DNA of 64,000 nucleotides from the NCBI GenBank assembly GCA_031277035.1, contig JAISLY010000025.1, forward strand, positions 32,068-96,067. The letters run 5' to 3'. The translations under genes were made by a program, and so were the position numbers. Numbering within the stretch: position 1 is the first letter of the stretch; each line of letters begins with the position of its first letter. Below are positions 52,749 to 61,911 of this stretch, piece by piece. Under the pieces are notes generated by a model. It did not search any database. It was not told the DNA's origin and saw only the letters and a program-made list of their open reading frames with translations. The stretch is from Coriobacteriales bacterium. GTDB taxonomy: Bacteria; Actinomycetota; Coriobacteriia; Coriobacteriales; UBA8131.

Positions 52749-55502
52749 TCAGACGGGATAGCCGTTTTGAAGGAGATGGCCAAAGTCCTCGGAGACGTGG
52801 AGGTCTTGCCAGTTGCTCATGATGCACAACGCATCGATGCTTTTCTGCTGACGCGTGATGCTGCTCATCTCAATGATGGTCTGAAGCGAGCGCGAGCCGT
52901 GGCGGTACTCCCGTACAAAGACAAAGGCGTCGACCACCGCGTCGTCAACCGGCAGATAGCGATCATCCCCCTTGCCGATGCCGCACTTGGCCTCGAGCAC
53001 CGCTCGCAGAAGGAGTGCGCGTCTGATGCACACCTCCAGCGCCGCCTTGTCAAACTCGCCGCTGGCGTCGAAGGGGAAGCGCACAGATGCCTCGGCAGCA
53101 GGCGCGGGTGCGGGTGCTGCGGGGGCACCGGCCGCGGGCGAGGCGGGCGCGGCGGCGGCACATCCTGCCACCTCGTCGAGCTCGGGGTTCAGCCCGAGCA
53201 CGTCGATATAGCCCCGTATCCGACTCAGGAAGTCGAGGCCCTTCGCCTCCCGGTCACGCTCCGCCTGCCTGCGAAAATGCTCCCAGTTCTTGTTAATGCC
53301 GCCGGCAAAGACAAATATCGCCCGCCCCAGATAGTGTGTCACGCCGTTCTCGTAGAACTTCCCGTCCTGCATCGGCGCGAGAAACTGCTTGAGCCAATAG
53401 TAGGGCTGGCCGTTTTTCTGCGCGTCAAACTCGTCGAAGAACACGATGGGCAGCCGTCCCTGCAGGCCGGTGTCGCGCACATGGTGGTAGATGTTGACAA
53501 GGTCATGCTCGCTGTCCATCTGCGAGAGGTTGCACTCGATAAACTCGGTCGCAACCTCACGGCGCACCTCGCGCTCAATCTGCTTCACCACGAAGGATTT
53601 TCCCGCTCCCGGAGGGCCAAAGACGCAAAAGGAGATGGGATGGCTTGTGGCCGTATCCCGTATATAGGTCCAAAACGCATTGCGCACCACGCGCAGCTCC
53701 TCTATCTCGCGCCGCGTATAGACCAGCGAACCGCCAAAGGTCAGATGGGGTATCCGTCGCCGTTCCCGCTTGATAAAGCCGTGCTGAACGATGTCCTGGC
53801 AGTATTTGCGCAGCTCCTGAATGGTGCGGGTGCTCATATGCAGAATGCTGAAGTCCTCCTCTCCAAGGATCTCCCGAGGTATCGTCACCTCGGCCGGCAG
53901 ACGCAGGCCCGCCACACTCTCCCCCTCCTGTGCCTGCCGCGCGGCACACATCGCCTCGGTGACAATCCGATAGGGAAACTCGAGGACACAGCGATTGATG
54001 GAGCGCTTCCACTGCTCGTTGCCACAGCGGTAGTCCTTGAGGAGAAAGCCGGTTTCTTTGAGCTTGCGAATCCCCACAAGTCCACTTCGCACTGCCCGAT
54101 ACAACGCGTTTCGCAGGGCATCCAGGCGGGCGTCTGCGGATGTGTCGGGAGCGGAAGGGGCGCCCGCCGCGTCTGCCGCACCTGCCACGCCCGCCACGTC
54201 TGCCGCAGTAGGCACGCCCGCCACGCCCGCCACGCCCGCCGCGTCTGCCGCGTCTGCCACGCCCGCCACGTCTGCCGCAGCCTGGGCTGCCCTGCTGACC
54301 GCAGACAGCTCTTTGACAAGAGCCGCCTGCAAGGTGATGACCTCGCCAAAGGTCTGATGTGCTCCCGGCTGAAAATCGCCTTCAATCTCACTGCTGTAGA
54401 AAAACAGTCGGTGCTCTTCCCTGGAGGACACCAGGCAGCCGTTGTGGTTAAAGCAGACGACGACAGCAAGAAAATCGCCGGCCTTCTCACACAGGCGTTC
54501 CAGGGCCACGACGGTCTGCTGGACGAGCCGTTCCCAGGAAATGCCCTGCTCAATGGGAAAACCGGCGTGTCGCAGCTCGTCGATATTCAAGACGAGCACC
54601 GTGCGGTCGATAAGGCGGGGGTAGCCCTGAAGCTCGCGCAGAAACGCCGTGGGAGCCTGTGTGCGCTCAAAGGTGGTGCGCAGGACGATGACCCGGTTCT
54701 CAAGGTCTTCGCTCGCGTCGAGCCGCTCGAGCGCAGGTATCCCCTGCACTGCGGTCATCTGTGCCGCAAGCAGAGCATCCACCTTCGCACCCTCCTGCGT
54801 GCCAGTCGAGGAGGCGGGCGGCGTGCTTGCCGCGGCCGACACAGACGCCGCGCCTGGTGTGGTCGCCGCTGACGAGTGTGCGCTGTCGCCTTCAGGAAGC
54901 CGTGTGGCGCAGAAACGGGCGGACCTGCGAGCTGCCTCAGCCGCGTCGAGCCCCGAGAAATACCGGTTGTCGCGATCCGTGTTATACCCAACGATGGTGT
55001 GGCTTGTGCAGAGGAGGTCCTCGTCACTGGTGCGTACCACGAAGCGCTCCGCCCTCCCCGACTCATCCTCACGGGTAATGCGATCGTCAAGCACCCTGCC
55101 GTAGTAGTCCTTCAGGAAAAAACGTCGAACTTTCTTGGGCTTACCATCGTCATAGGCGGGATCAAAGATGTGCTCGCCGTTATCCGCGTCGAGAAAGACC
55201 TCGCTTTCAGACAGGCTCGACGGAGCGACGACACGCGGTATCCCCTCCCACGCCGATATGGCGCGATGACGCGGGTCAGCGGTCATTGAGAGGAGGCGGA
55301 CGTCTGCCTCCATTGGCTGCATCAGGTGCTCAAGCAGCCGCTCAAGCAGATGCGCGCCCCCTTTGAGCGTAAAGGACTCCTCGACATCCCAGCGGCGATG
55401 GTGCTGTGCCCGCGCCCCGTAAGGGTCCCTCCTGTCCTCCATGGCCTCATGCTTGAGGGCATAGTCATACGATACGTCGCCAAAAACGAATACGTCAGTC
55501 AT
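52749..55502 (-). CDS. Large (about 917 aa) fusion protein: divergent ribokinase/pfkB-like N-terminal half plus C-terminal AAA+ ATPase module
   Basis: Walker A FGPPGAGKSF and Walker B LPIVFFDEFDAQ, followed by FVFAGG. The N-terminal half has VFVFGDVSYDY, GGAHLLERL, VLVLNIDELRHAG and AVVVCFNHNGCLV, which resemble pfkB strand and motif order. AGGAAA RBS before ATG 55502. The track ORF's 112-codon extension is unlikely. Confidence 0.65.
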   Translation of the reverse strand: MTDVFVFGDVSYDYALKHEAMEDRRDPYGARAQHHRRWDVEESFTLKGGAHLLERLLEHLMQPMEADVRLLSMTADPRHRAISAWEGIPRVVAPSSLSESEVFLDADNGEHIFDPAYDDGKPKKVRRFFLKDYYGRVLDDRITREDESGRAERFVVRTSDEDLLCTSHTIVGYNTDRDNRYFSGLDAAEAARRSARFCATRLPEGDSAHSSAATTPGAASVSAAASTPPASSTGTQEGAKVDALLAAQMTAVQGIPALERLDASEDLENRVIVLRTTFERTQAPTAFLRELQGYPRLIDRTVLVLNIDELRHAGFPIEQGISWERLVQQTVVALERLCEKAGDFLAVVVCFNHNGCLVSSREEHRLFFYSSEIEGDFQPGAHQTFGEVITLQAALVKELSAVSRAAQAAADVAGVADAADAAGVAGVAGVPTAADVAGVAGAADAAGAPSAPDTSADARLDALRNALYRAVRSGLVGIRKLKETGFLLKDYRCGNEQWKRSINRCVLEFPYRIVTEAMCAARQAQEGESVAGLRLPAEVTIPREILGEEDFSILHMSTRTIQELRKYCQDIVQHGFIKRERRRIPHLTFGGSLVYTRREIEELRVVRNAFWTYIRDTATSHPISFCVFGPPGAGKSFVVKQIEREVRREVATEFIECNLSQMDSEHDLVNIYHHVRDTGLQGRLPIVFFDEFDAQKNGQPYYWLKQFLAPMQDGKFYENGVTHYLGRAIFVFAGGINKNWEHFRRQAERDREAKGLDFLSRIRGYIDVLGLNPELDEVAGCAAAAPASPAAGAPAAPAPAPAAEASVRFPFDASGEFDKAALEVCIRRALLLRAVLEAKCGIGKGDDRYLPVDDAVVDAFVFVREYRHGSRSLQTIIEMSSITRQQKSIDALCIMSNWQDLHVSEDFGHLLQNGYPV

Positions 55503-55852
55503 GGTGCGTTTCCTGTCCCACAGCCTTGGGCCGTGTTGTCGTTTCATGCTATCGATATGAGCACGCAGCCGTCCGTCACGGGAATGCGCAGGCGCAGGTG
55601 TGCAGTCGCGAGTGCGCGGGTGCAGGCGCGCGAGTGCGCGAGTGCGGGCGGCGGTCAGGCTCCCCTGCCCCATTATACCGCCACTTTGCCGCGCAGGCAT
55701 TTCACACGCAGGGCGTGCCGCACGCGCGCGGCGTGCCACGCGCACGGCGTGCGACCTACTGGCTGCACGGCGGCATGCTGACGTGTACCCACGCGCGGCG
55801 TGCCACAGGGCGTGCCGCACACCCTGCGGCAGCGACATTCGACCAGAGAATG

Positions 55853-57058
55853 CTACCGAAGCAGAATAAGCGTGCGCTCAAGGAGGCTCTGGGCAAACTC
55901 AAACGTGTTGAGGGTGCCGACAAGCGAGGCGCGGTGCAGATCGGTAATGTCGAGCCACTCGATGCGTGCGTCGCGCTTAAACCAGGTGCGCTGGCGCTTG
56001 GCATAGCGCCTCGTTGCCTGTTTTATCTCCGCAATGGCATCTTCCAGAGAAGACGTGCCTTCAAGCACCGGCACAAGCTCCTTATAGCCGATTGCCTGCT
56101 GTGCCGTCGCCGCCTCGCGAAAGCCCCTCTCCAAAAGACCGCGCACCTCCTCCAGAAGGCCACGCTGCATCATGTCGTCCACACGTCGCTCAATCCCCTC
56201 GTAGAGCACCGCGGGCTCAACCGTAAGTCCGATAAAGCGGGACGCATACACTGAGGTAAACGATGCAAAGCCCGCCTGTTGTCTCGCGTAGCTTGTCTTT
56301 TGGGCAAGAAGCTCAAAGGCGCGAACGATGCGCCGCAGGTTATGGGGATGGATAAGGGCGGCGCTTGCGGGGTCGCGCTCGACAAGCAGGGCGTAAAAGG
56401 CCTCTGGGCCGAGACGGTTTGCCTGCTCCATGAGCTGCGCCCGCAGGCTGGTGGCGCCGGATGCGCCATCGTCACCCTCGGCATTCTCACCAGTGCCATC
56501 CCAGCCCTCATCAAAGCGAAAATCGTCAAGGGCAGCGCGCAGGTACAGACCGCTTCCGCCGCAGAGCAGCGGCATCGTACCGCGTGCGAGCAGCGCGTCG
56601 AGAGCCGCGCGCGCCGCGCGTTGATACAGCGCAGCGGTAAACGGCTGCCCCGGGTCGACGAGGTCGATGCAGTGGTAGGGCACGCTTCGCTCGTTTGCCG
56701 GCAGCTTGGCGGTGCCGATGTCCATGCCGCGATAGACCTGCATGGAGTCGGCGTTTATGACCTCCGCGCCCAGATGGGCGGCGAGGGCATCGGCAAGGGC
56801 GGACTTTCCCGTGCCCGTCGGGCCAACGATGGCAAGCACCGAGGGCGGGGCGGGAGGTGCAGCGGTGGGTGCGGACGCGGGTGCAGCGGGATGTGCGTCA
56901 GGGTGTGCGGCCGAAGGTGCAGCCGAGGGTGCAGGTGTGGGTGCGGACGCGGGTGCAGCGGGATGTGCGTCAGGGTGTGCGGACGCGGGTGCAGCCAAGG
57001 GTGCAGCCAAGGGTGCAGCGGTGGGTGCCTCTGGCGTCGCGCCCGCGCTTCTGCTCAT
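55853..57058 (-). CDS. miaA: tRNA dimethylallyltransferase with a roughly 75-aa A/P-rich N-terminal extension
   Basis: LAIVGPTGTGKSALA, INADSMQVYRGMDIGTAK and PLLCGGSGLY. Confidence 0.9.
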   Translation of the reverse strand: MSRSAGATPEAPTAAPLAAPLAAPASAHPDAHPAAPASAPTPAPSAAPSAAHPDAHPAAPASAPTAAPPAPPSVLAIVGPTGTGKSALADALAAHLGAEVINADSMQVYRGMDIGTAKLPANERSVPYHCIDLVDPGQPFTAALYQRAARAALDALLARGTMPLLCGGSGLYLRAALDDFRFDEGWDGTGENAEGDDGASGATSLRAQLMEQANRLGPEAFYALLVERDPASAALIHPHNLRRIVRAFELLAQKTSYARQQAGFASFTSVYASRFIGLTVEPAVLYEGIERRVDDMMQRGLLEEVRGLLERGFREAATAQQAIGYKELVPVLEGTSSLEDAIAEIKQATRRYAKRQRTWFKRDARIEWLDITDLHRASLVGTLNTFEFAQSLLERTLILLR

Positions 57059-58416
57059 GTCTGCACCAGAAGGCCCCGAAGGTACCAGGTGCGAGCCTCC
57101 TCGATACGAACCGTTCCCAGGCAGCCGACGAAGTTCTCCACGGATTGTCCCTCAGAAAGCGGGGCGTGTACGGTCTGGTTTTTCGGGCTGCGGCCCACAA
57201 GCACACGCGCGTCTCGCTTCGAGGACCCCTCAAAGAGCACCGGCAACACGGCTCCAAGCTCCTTCTGATTCTGCTCCCAGGCGCTTTTCTGAACCAGCTC
57301 CACCAGGGAGTCAAAGCGCCCCTGAATCAGCTCTCGCGGGCTCGTATCCTCAAGCGCGGCCGCCGGGGTTCCCTCGCGTCGTGAGTAGATGAAGGTAAAC
57401 GCCTGCGCAAAGCCCACCGCTCGCACCAGCGCAAGCGTAGCCTCAAAATCCTCCTCGCGCTCCCCGGGAAACCCGACGATGAGATCGGTGGAAAGTGCCA
57501 CGTCCTTGCCGGCGGCTTTGCAGGCGACCCGCAGCTTCTCCACCAGCTCCAGATAGTGGGCAGCGGTGTAATGGCGATTCATGGCGGCAAGTATCGCGTC
57601 AGAACCCGACTGCACCGGCAGGTGGAGCTGCGGCATGATGGCCGGCGTTTCGGCAAAGGCGGCGATGGTATCGTCGCTGAGGTCCTTCGGGTGGCTTGTC
57701 ACAAAGCGGAGCCGCGCGATGCCGCTGGCACCCACCTCGCGCAGCACCTCGGCAAAACGCGGACTGCCGTAAAGGTCGCGCCCATAGGAGTTGACGTTTT
57801 GCCCAAGCAGGGTAATCTCCTGCACGCCTTCGTCCACAAGGCGACGAACCTCGTCTCGAATCTCCTCAAGGGGACGGCTCCGTTCGCGGCCGCGCACAAA
57901 GGGCACGACGCAATAGGAGCAGTAGTTATCACAACCGGTCATGATGGGCAGCCAGGCGTGCCAGCTGTGCTCGCGGCGAGAAGGCAGTGCCATCGCAGAG
58001 GGGGCGGCGGATTTTTCAGAGCCGTCAAGCACCTCGACCTGCGCACCGTGGCCCTCAAGGGCTGCGGCGAGCAGAGCGGGCAGATGAGCGATGTTGTGTG
58101 TGCCAAACACGACGTCCACATGCGGCGCCTTCTCCAAAAGCCGCGCCCCGTCGCGCTGCCCGATACAACCGCCCACAGCGATGAGCTTGCCCGAACCCTT
58201 CAGGGAGGCAACCTGGCCGAGCAGGCGCACGTCGGCCGCCTCGCGCACGCAGCAGGTCATGAAGATGACGACCTCGGCCTTCTCCACATCATCGGAAGCC
58301 AGGGCGCCAAGAGCCTCGAGCATGCCGTCGATTCGCTCGGAGTCGTGCTTGTTCATCTGGCAGCCAAAGGTGCGTACCTGGTAGGTGAGGCCGTTGAGGG
58401 AAGTCATGGTGAGCAC
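57055..58416 (-). CDS. miaB: tRNA-i6A37 methylthiotransferase (radical SAM)
   Basis: VRTFGCQMNKHDSE, TGCDNYCSYCVVP and a TRAM-like C-terminus. The start is either GTG 58416 or ATG 58407. Confidence 0.9.
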   Translation of the reverse strand: MLTMTSLNGLTYQVRTFGCQMNKHDSERIDGMLEALGALASDDVEKAEVVIFMTCCVREAADVRLLGQVASLKGSGKLIAVGGCIGQRDGARLLEKAPHVDVVFGTHNIAHLPALLAAALEGHGAQVEVLDGSEKSAAPSAMALPSRREHSWHAWLPIMTGCDNYCSYCVVPFVRGRERSRPLEEIRDEVRRLVDEGVQEITLLGQNVNSYGRDLYGSPRFAEVLREVGASGIARLRFVTSHPKDLSDDTIAAFAETPAIMPQLHLPVQSGSDAILAAMNRHYTAAHYLELVEKLRVACKAAGKDVALSTDLIVGFPGEREEDFEATLALVRAVGFAQAFTFIYSRREGTPAAALEDTSPRELIQGRFDSLVELVQKSAWEQNQKELGAVLPVLFEGSSKRDARVLVGRSPKNQTVHAPLSEGQSVENFVGCLGTVRIEEARTWYLRGLLVQT

Positions 58417-58439
58417 AGGCTGGGGCTGGGGCAGGGGGA

Positions 58440-58784
58440 TTACGAATCTGAGAAGTTCGCGCCAAAGCCGGCCCAGTCGAAGAAGGCCTCCTCGCCAATT
58501 TCGGACTGCTTGATGCCACGGAGATAGCGGGGTTCGACCTTAAAGCGGATGGCGGTGCGACTCTCGCCGGCGATGTTGATGTCGGCGAAAGACGGACTGC
58601 AGACGATCTCAATGCCGATTGGAGCCAGAAAGCCGCGTGCGATGGCGATGGCCTTGACCGCCTGATTAACAGCCCCGGCGCCAACGCTTTGCAGCTCGAC
58701 CGGGACGCCATCCTTAATCATACCGGCAATGGCGCCAGCGACCGATGAAGGCGAGGATTTTGACGATACCTTGAGGAACTCCAT
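58440..58784 (-). CDS. spoVS: SpoVS-family protein
   Basis: LKVSSKSSPSSVAGAIAGMIKDG...LQSVGAGAVNQAVKAIAIARGF. Confidence 0.85.
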   Translation of the reverse strand: MEFLKVSSKSSPSSVAGAIAGMIKDGVPVELQSVGAGAVNQAVKAIAIARGFLAPIGIEIVCSPSFADINIAGESRTAIRFKVEPRYLRGIKQSEIGEEAFFDWAGFGANFSDS

Positions 58785-59161
58785 AGTCGATGTCTGCTTT
58801 CTCTGCTACGTTTCGACTGCGTCTGGTATGCTGTGGAGCTACCGCCTTACCCTTTGAGGGAGCTGTTTTCGCACAGATGACGTTTTGGCTGTTCGCCATA
58901 TCCGTTGCGATTCCGCGTGCGGTTTGCACGTGCAGGCCACCCTCAGAAGTCCTGAGCAATCCATTATCGCACAGGAGGCGGCCGGTGTGCAAACGCGGGC
59001 AGAGAAGCGCTGGCTTTGGGCAGCGCGGGCGGGGGTTGATGGGGGCGGATGGGGGCGGTTCGGGCGAGGGCGGTTCGGGCGCGGGCGGATGGGGCGGATG
59101 GCGGCGGATGGGGGCAGACAGGGGAAATCCTCATGGGCTTTTCTGCAGGTACCCCAAATGG

Positions 59162-60061
59162 TCAACTCGCGCTTTCTTCAGCGTCCTCAGACAGAAGGAA
59201 GGCAGAAGAGTAATCCGAAATAAAGTGCAGAAGTATTCCGGGCAACAGGCTGCCTGTTGCCACATAGAGACAGCCCAGCAGAACACCGACCAGAGATGTT
59301 TTGACAAAGCCTGTCGGTCCCTGATAGAGATGCCCCGCACCAAACACGATGCTTGCCACAACAATGACGACCGCAATTGGCCACGATGGGAAAACGGCAA
59401 TCAGAAGAAAATAAAGAAATCCGCGCCATACGATTTCTTCACAAATTCCTGCTGAAGCCGATAGGAAAAACCACCAGGTTTTCTCCTTTTTAGTCCGCGG
59501 TATCATGCTGGCCACCACTGAGTCGTAGTAGTTTCCAGAGGTAGTTGTGCTGAACTTCAGTTTTACCTGCTCCCTGAAATCGGCACTGACAAAATATTGA
59601 ATAATCTGGTAGAGAAGCACCACCAAAAGGCCACCACAGAAGGCAAAGGTGACAATGCGAAACCAAAGCGGACCCCAAAAGCTGAATCCGCTCAGTCCGA
59701 TTTCTAAGAGATTCACAAGGGAAAACGCACCGATCAGCAGAATGCCTGCTACCGGAATCCATGCCCCAAGAATGCCTTCTTTATAAAACTGCACTCTGCT
59801 GGCTTCGGTAATAACGGTACCCTTCAGCTTTTTAATATCGTTCATGCCTCCGATGGACAGCACGACGAGATAGGCTATAAGAACAACCAGGAGCACTACA
59901 TACACGTATTTCACACCTTTCAGGCCAAAACTGTTTCTCGTCGGGCGCTGAGGGTCGGGCGAGGGCGGGGCGGACGGGGCCGGGCGGACGCTGACGGTCA
60001 GGTGCTGATGGTCGGCCACCGCAGAGTCCTCAAAATAGCTCCCGCTGCGCCCATTTGTCAA
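59162..60061 (-). CDS. CPBP (CAAX) family intramembrane metalloprotease
   Basis: EEIVWRGFLY, FGAGHLY and LHFISD, in a multi-TM protein. Confidence 0.75.
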   Translation of the reverse strand: MTNGRSGSYFEDSAVADHQHLTVSVRPAPSAPPSPDPQRPTRNSFGLKGVKYVYVVLLVVLIAYLVVLSIGGMNDIKKLKGTVITEASRVQFYKEGILGAWIPVAGILLIGAFSLVNLLEIGLSGFSFWGPLWFRIVTFAFCGGLLVVLLYQIIQYFVSADFREQVKLKFSTTTSGNYYDSVVASMIPRTKKEKTWWFFLSASAGICEEIVWRGFLYFLLIAVFPSWPIAVVIVVASIVFGAGHLYQGPTGFVKTSLVGVLLGCLYVATGSLLPGILLHFISDYSSAFLLSEDAEESAS

Positions 60062-60185
60062 GGGAATGGCTTTGTCCTATACTATCCAACCGCAGCTTTT
60101 TGACAGGAAGGCTGCACAGTTCTGTGAGACCTGAAGGGTACGAGCCTCGCTACCCAGTCCCCGTATATGAAGAGGGAAGATGAAG

Positions 60186-60530
60186 ATGGACATCATGCGC
60201 GCACTTGAGCAGCAGCAGATACGTACGGATCTCCCGGCCTTTGCCGTCGGCGACCGGGTAAAGGTGCATTACCGCATCATCGAAGGCAACAAGGAACGCA
60301 TCCAGGTGTTTGAAGGCGATGTTATCCGCCGCCACGGTGCAAGCAATCGCGAGACTTTCACGGTTCGCAAGCTTTCAAGCGGCATCGGCGTCGAGCGCAC
60401 CTTCCCCGTACACTCCCCCAAAATCGACCGCATCGAGGTACTGCGCCACGGTGCCGTACGCCGTGCGAAGCTCTATTACCTGCGCAACAAGATCGGAAAG
60501 GCAGCGCGCCTGCGCGAGAAGGGCTTTTAG
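60186..60530 (+). CDS. rplS: 50S ribosomal protein L19
   Basis: [13 protein letters not shown]...[29 protein letters not shown]...RRAKLYYLR. The GAGGGAAG RBS fits ATG 60186 better than 60180. Confidence 0.9.
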   Translation: MDIMRALEQQQIRTDLPAFAVGDRVKVHYRIIEGNKERIQVFEGDVIRRHGASNRETFTVRKLSSGIGVERTFPVHSPKIDRIEVLRHGAVRRAKLYYLRNKIGKAARLREKGF

Positions 60531-60533
60531 GCG

Positions 60534-61271
60534 ATTCGCAAAACCGACATCCGCGACGCTTGCGACGCCCCGAGTCCCGATCAGGAGCGAGATGCTTCGA
60601 GTCTCGGTCAGGAAGAGTATATTCCGCGCTCTGAGCAAAAACGCCTTGAGGCCCTCTACGCCGAACAGGAAGCCGCCGGCATCGACGCCTTTGTCATCGG
60701 TGTCGATGAAGTAGGGCGCGGTTCGGTGGCCGGCCCGCTGACCGTCGGCGCCGTCTGCCTGCCGCTCCGCCCACAGATTGCGTGGCTCAACGACTCCAAA
60801 AAACTCTCCGCAAAGCGCCGCGAGGAGCTTGACTTGCGGATACGTGCAAGCGCCCTGGCGCTGGAAATCGCCCATATTCCCCCTGAGGACATCGATCGCG
60901 ACGGAATGGCCGCCTCGCTCAAAAAGGCGATGCGCGCCGCTCTTGACGCCTGCTGTGCCGCCCGGTGTCTTGAGCCCGATCTTGTGCTGATCGACGGCAT
61001 ACCGCTTGGCGTCCATCCAAAGGAGCGAAGTGTCGTCAAAGGCGATGCCCGGGTTGCCTGTATCGCCGCCGCGTCCATCGTCGCAAAGGTTGCCCGCGAC
61101 GCCCTGATGCGTGAGGCGGACGCGTCGTTTCCGGGCTATGGCTTCGCTTCGAACAAAGGCTACGCCTCCAGACAACACATTGCCGCCATACGCGAAAAGG
61201 GTCTGACGACCTTTCACCGTGCCAGTTTTTGTCGAGGATTTTTCCAGGAGCAAATCACCTTCGACTGCTGA
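60534..61271 (+). CDS. rnhB: Ribonuclease HII (start codon unresolved, see findings)
   Basis: The catalytic motif IGVDEVGRGSVAGPL is encoded at about 60696-60740, upstream of the GTG (60726) used by the ORF track. DSKKLS and PGYGFASNKGYAS follow later. 60534 is a candidate ATT start. Confidence 0.75.
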   Translation: MRKTDIRDACDAPSPDQERDASSLGQEEYIPRSEQKRLEALYAEQEAAGIDAFVIGVDEVGRGSVAGPLTVGAVCLPLRPQIAWLNDSKKLSAKRREELDLRIRASALALEIAHIPPEDIDRDGMAASLKKAMRAALDACCAARCLEPDLVLIDGIPLGVHPKERSVVKGDARVACIAAASIVAKVARDALMREADASFPGYGFASNKGYASRQHIAAIREKGLTTFHRASFCRGFFQEQITFDC

Positions 61272-61272
61272 G

Positions 61273-61425
61273 GGTTCAGATTGCGGTTCGCATCCATTCG
61301 GCTGCGGTTCGGATTCCGTTCAGAATCCGTTCGGCTGCGGTTCGGCAATTGCTCAACATCCGTTCGACTGCGGTTCGGATTCCGTTCAGCACCCGTTCGG
61401 CTGTGGTTCGGGTCGCGGTCAGAGC
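61273..61425. repeat. Intergenic tandem repeat, about four 33-bp units in two alternating subtypes
   Basis: tccattcggctgcggttcggattccgttcagaa / tccgttcggctgcggttcggcaattgctcaaca / tccgttcgactgcggttcggattccgttcagcac / ccgttcggctgtggttcgggtcgcggtcagagc. Confidence 0.8.
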
Positions 61426-61539
61426 CTGCTTGACTGTGCGTCAGGGAACAGTCGGATGCGGGCACAGATTGGGTAAGAATCGGGTAAGGATCGTCTGCCA
61501 CACTGGTCTTCTCGCACCAACAGGAGCAAGGGAGACGAG

Positions 61540-61911
61540 ATGACCGAGAGACGTCAACGCTTAGGAAAACAGGGTGAGGACATCGCCTGTGCCCATCTTC
61601 AACGAGAGGGCATCAACATCATCGAGCGCAACTGGCGCTGCGCAGCGGGCGAGGTCGACATCATCGCGCGTGAGGGAGACGACATCGTCTTCATCGAGGT
61701 CAAGACCCGCTCAAATCTCGACAGGGGGCTTCCCGAGGATGCCGTCACCGCCACCAAGCGAAACCGCTATGAACGTATCGCCATGTACTACCTGTCGGAG
61801 AAAAGCCCGCCAACCTCGCGTCTGCGCTTTGATGTCATTGCGATACTCTCCGCAAACGGACAACAGGCGCTGCTCCGGCATCATCGCGACGCCTTTGGAT
61901 TCGGCGGTTGA
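61540..61911 (+). CDS. yraN: YraN-family (UPF0102) endonuclease-like protein
   Basis: GKQGEDIACAHLQREGINIIERNWRCAAGEVDIIAREGDDIVFIEVKTR. Confidence 0.85.
   Translation: MTERRQRLGKQGEDIACAHLQREGINIIERNWRCAAGEVDIIAREGDDIVFIEVKTRSNLDRGLPEDAVTATKRNRYERIAMYYLSEKSPPTSRLRFDVIAILSANGQQALLRHHRDAFGFGG

Noticed and set aside
52644-54872. 742-aa plus-strand ORF overlapping the large minus-strand gene
   Set aside because: The minus-strand frame carries Walker A/B motifs and an RBS-supported start. The plus-strand translation is Arg/Gly/Ala-rich with no motifs, so it is a shadow ORF.
10480-60530. Idea that TAG is recoded (for example as pyrrolysine), because two TAG stops (10480, 60528) are followed by suggestive in-frame sequence
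   Set aside because: TAG also terminates ordinary genes here (trpB, nusA, the GT1 gene, the second luxR) at positions consistent with full-length proteins. No pyl genes are visible. Genome-wide recoding is therefore unlikely, and the two cases are reported only as local oddities.
61214-61501. Repeat-peptide ORFs on both strands (PFGCGSD repeats on plus, NPNRSRTD repeats on minus) across the 33-bp array
   Set aside because: Both strands being open is what a tandem repeat without stop codons produces. The plus ORF starts inside rnhB out of frame, and neither has an RBS. I treat this as a non-coding repeat.
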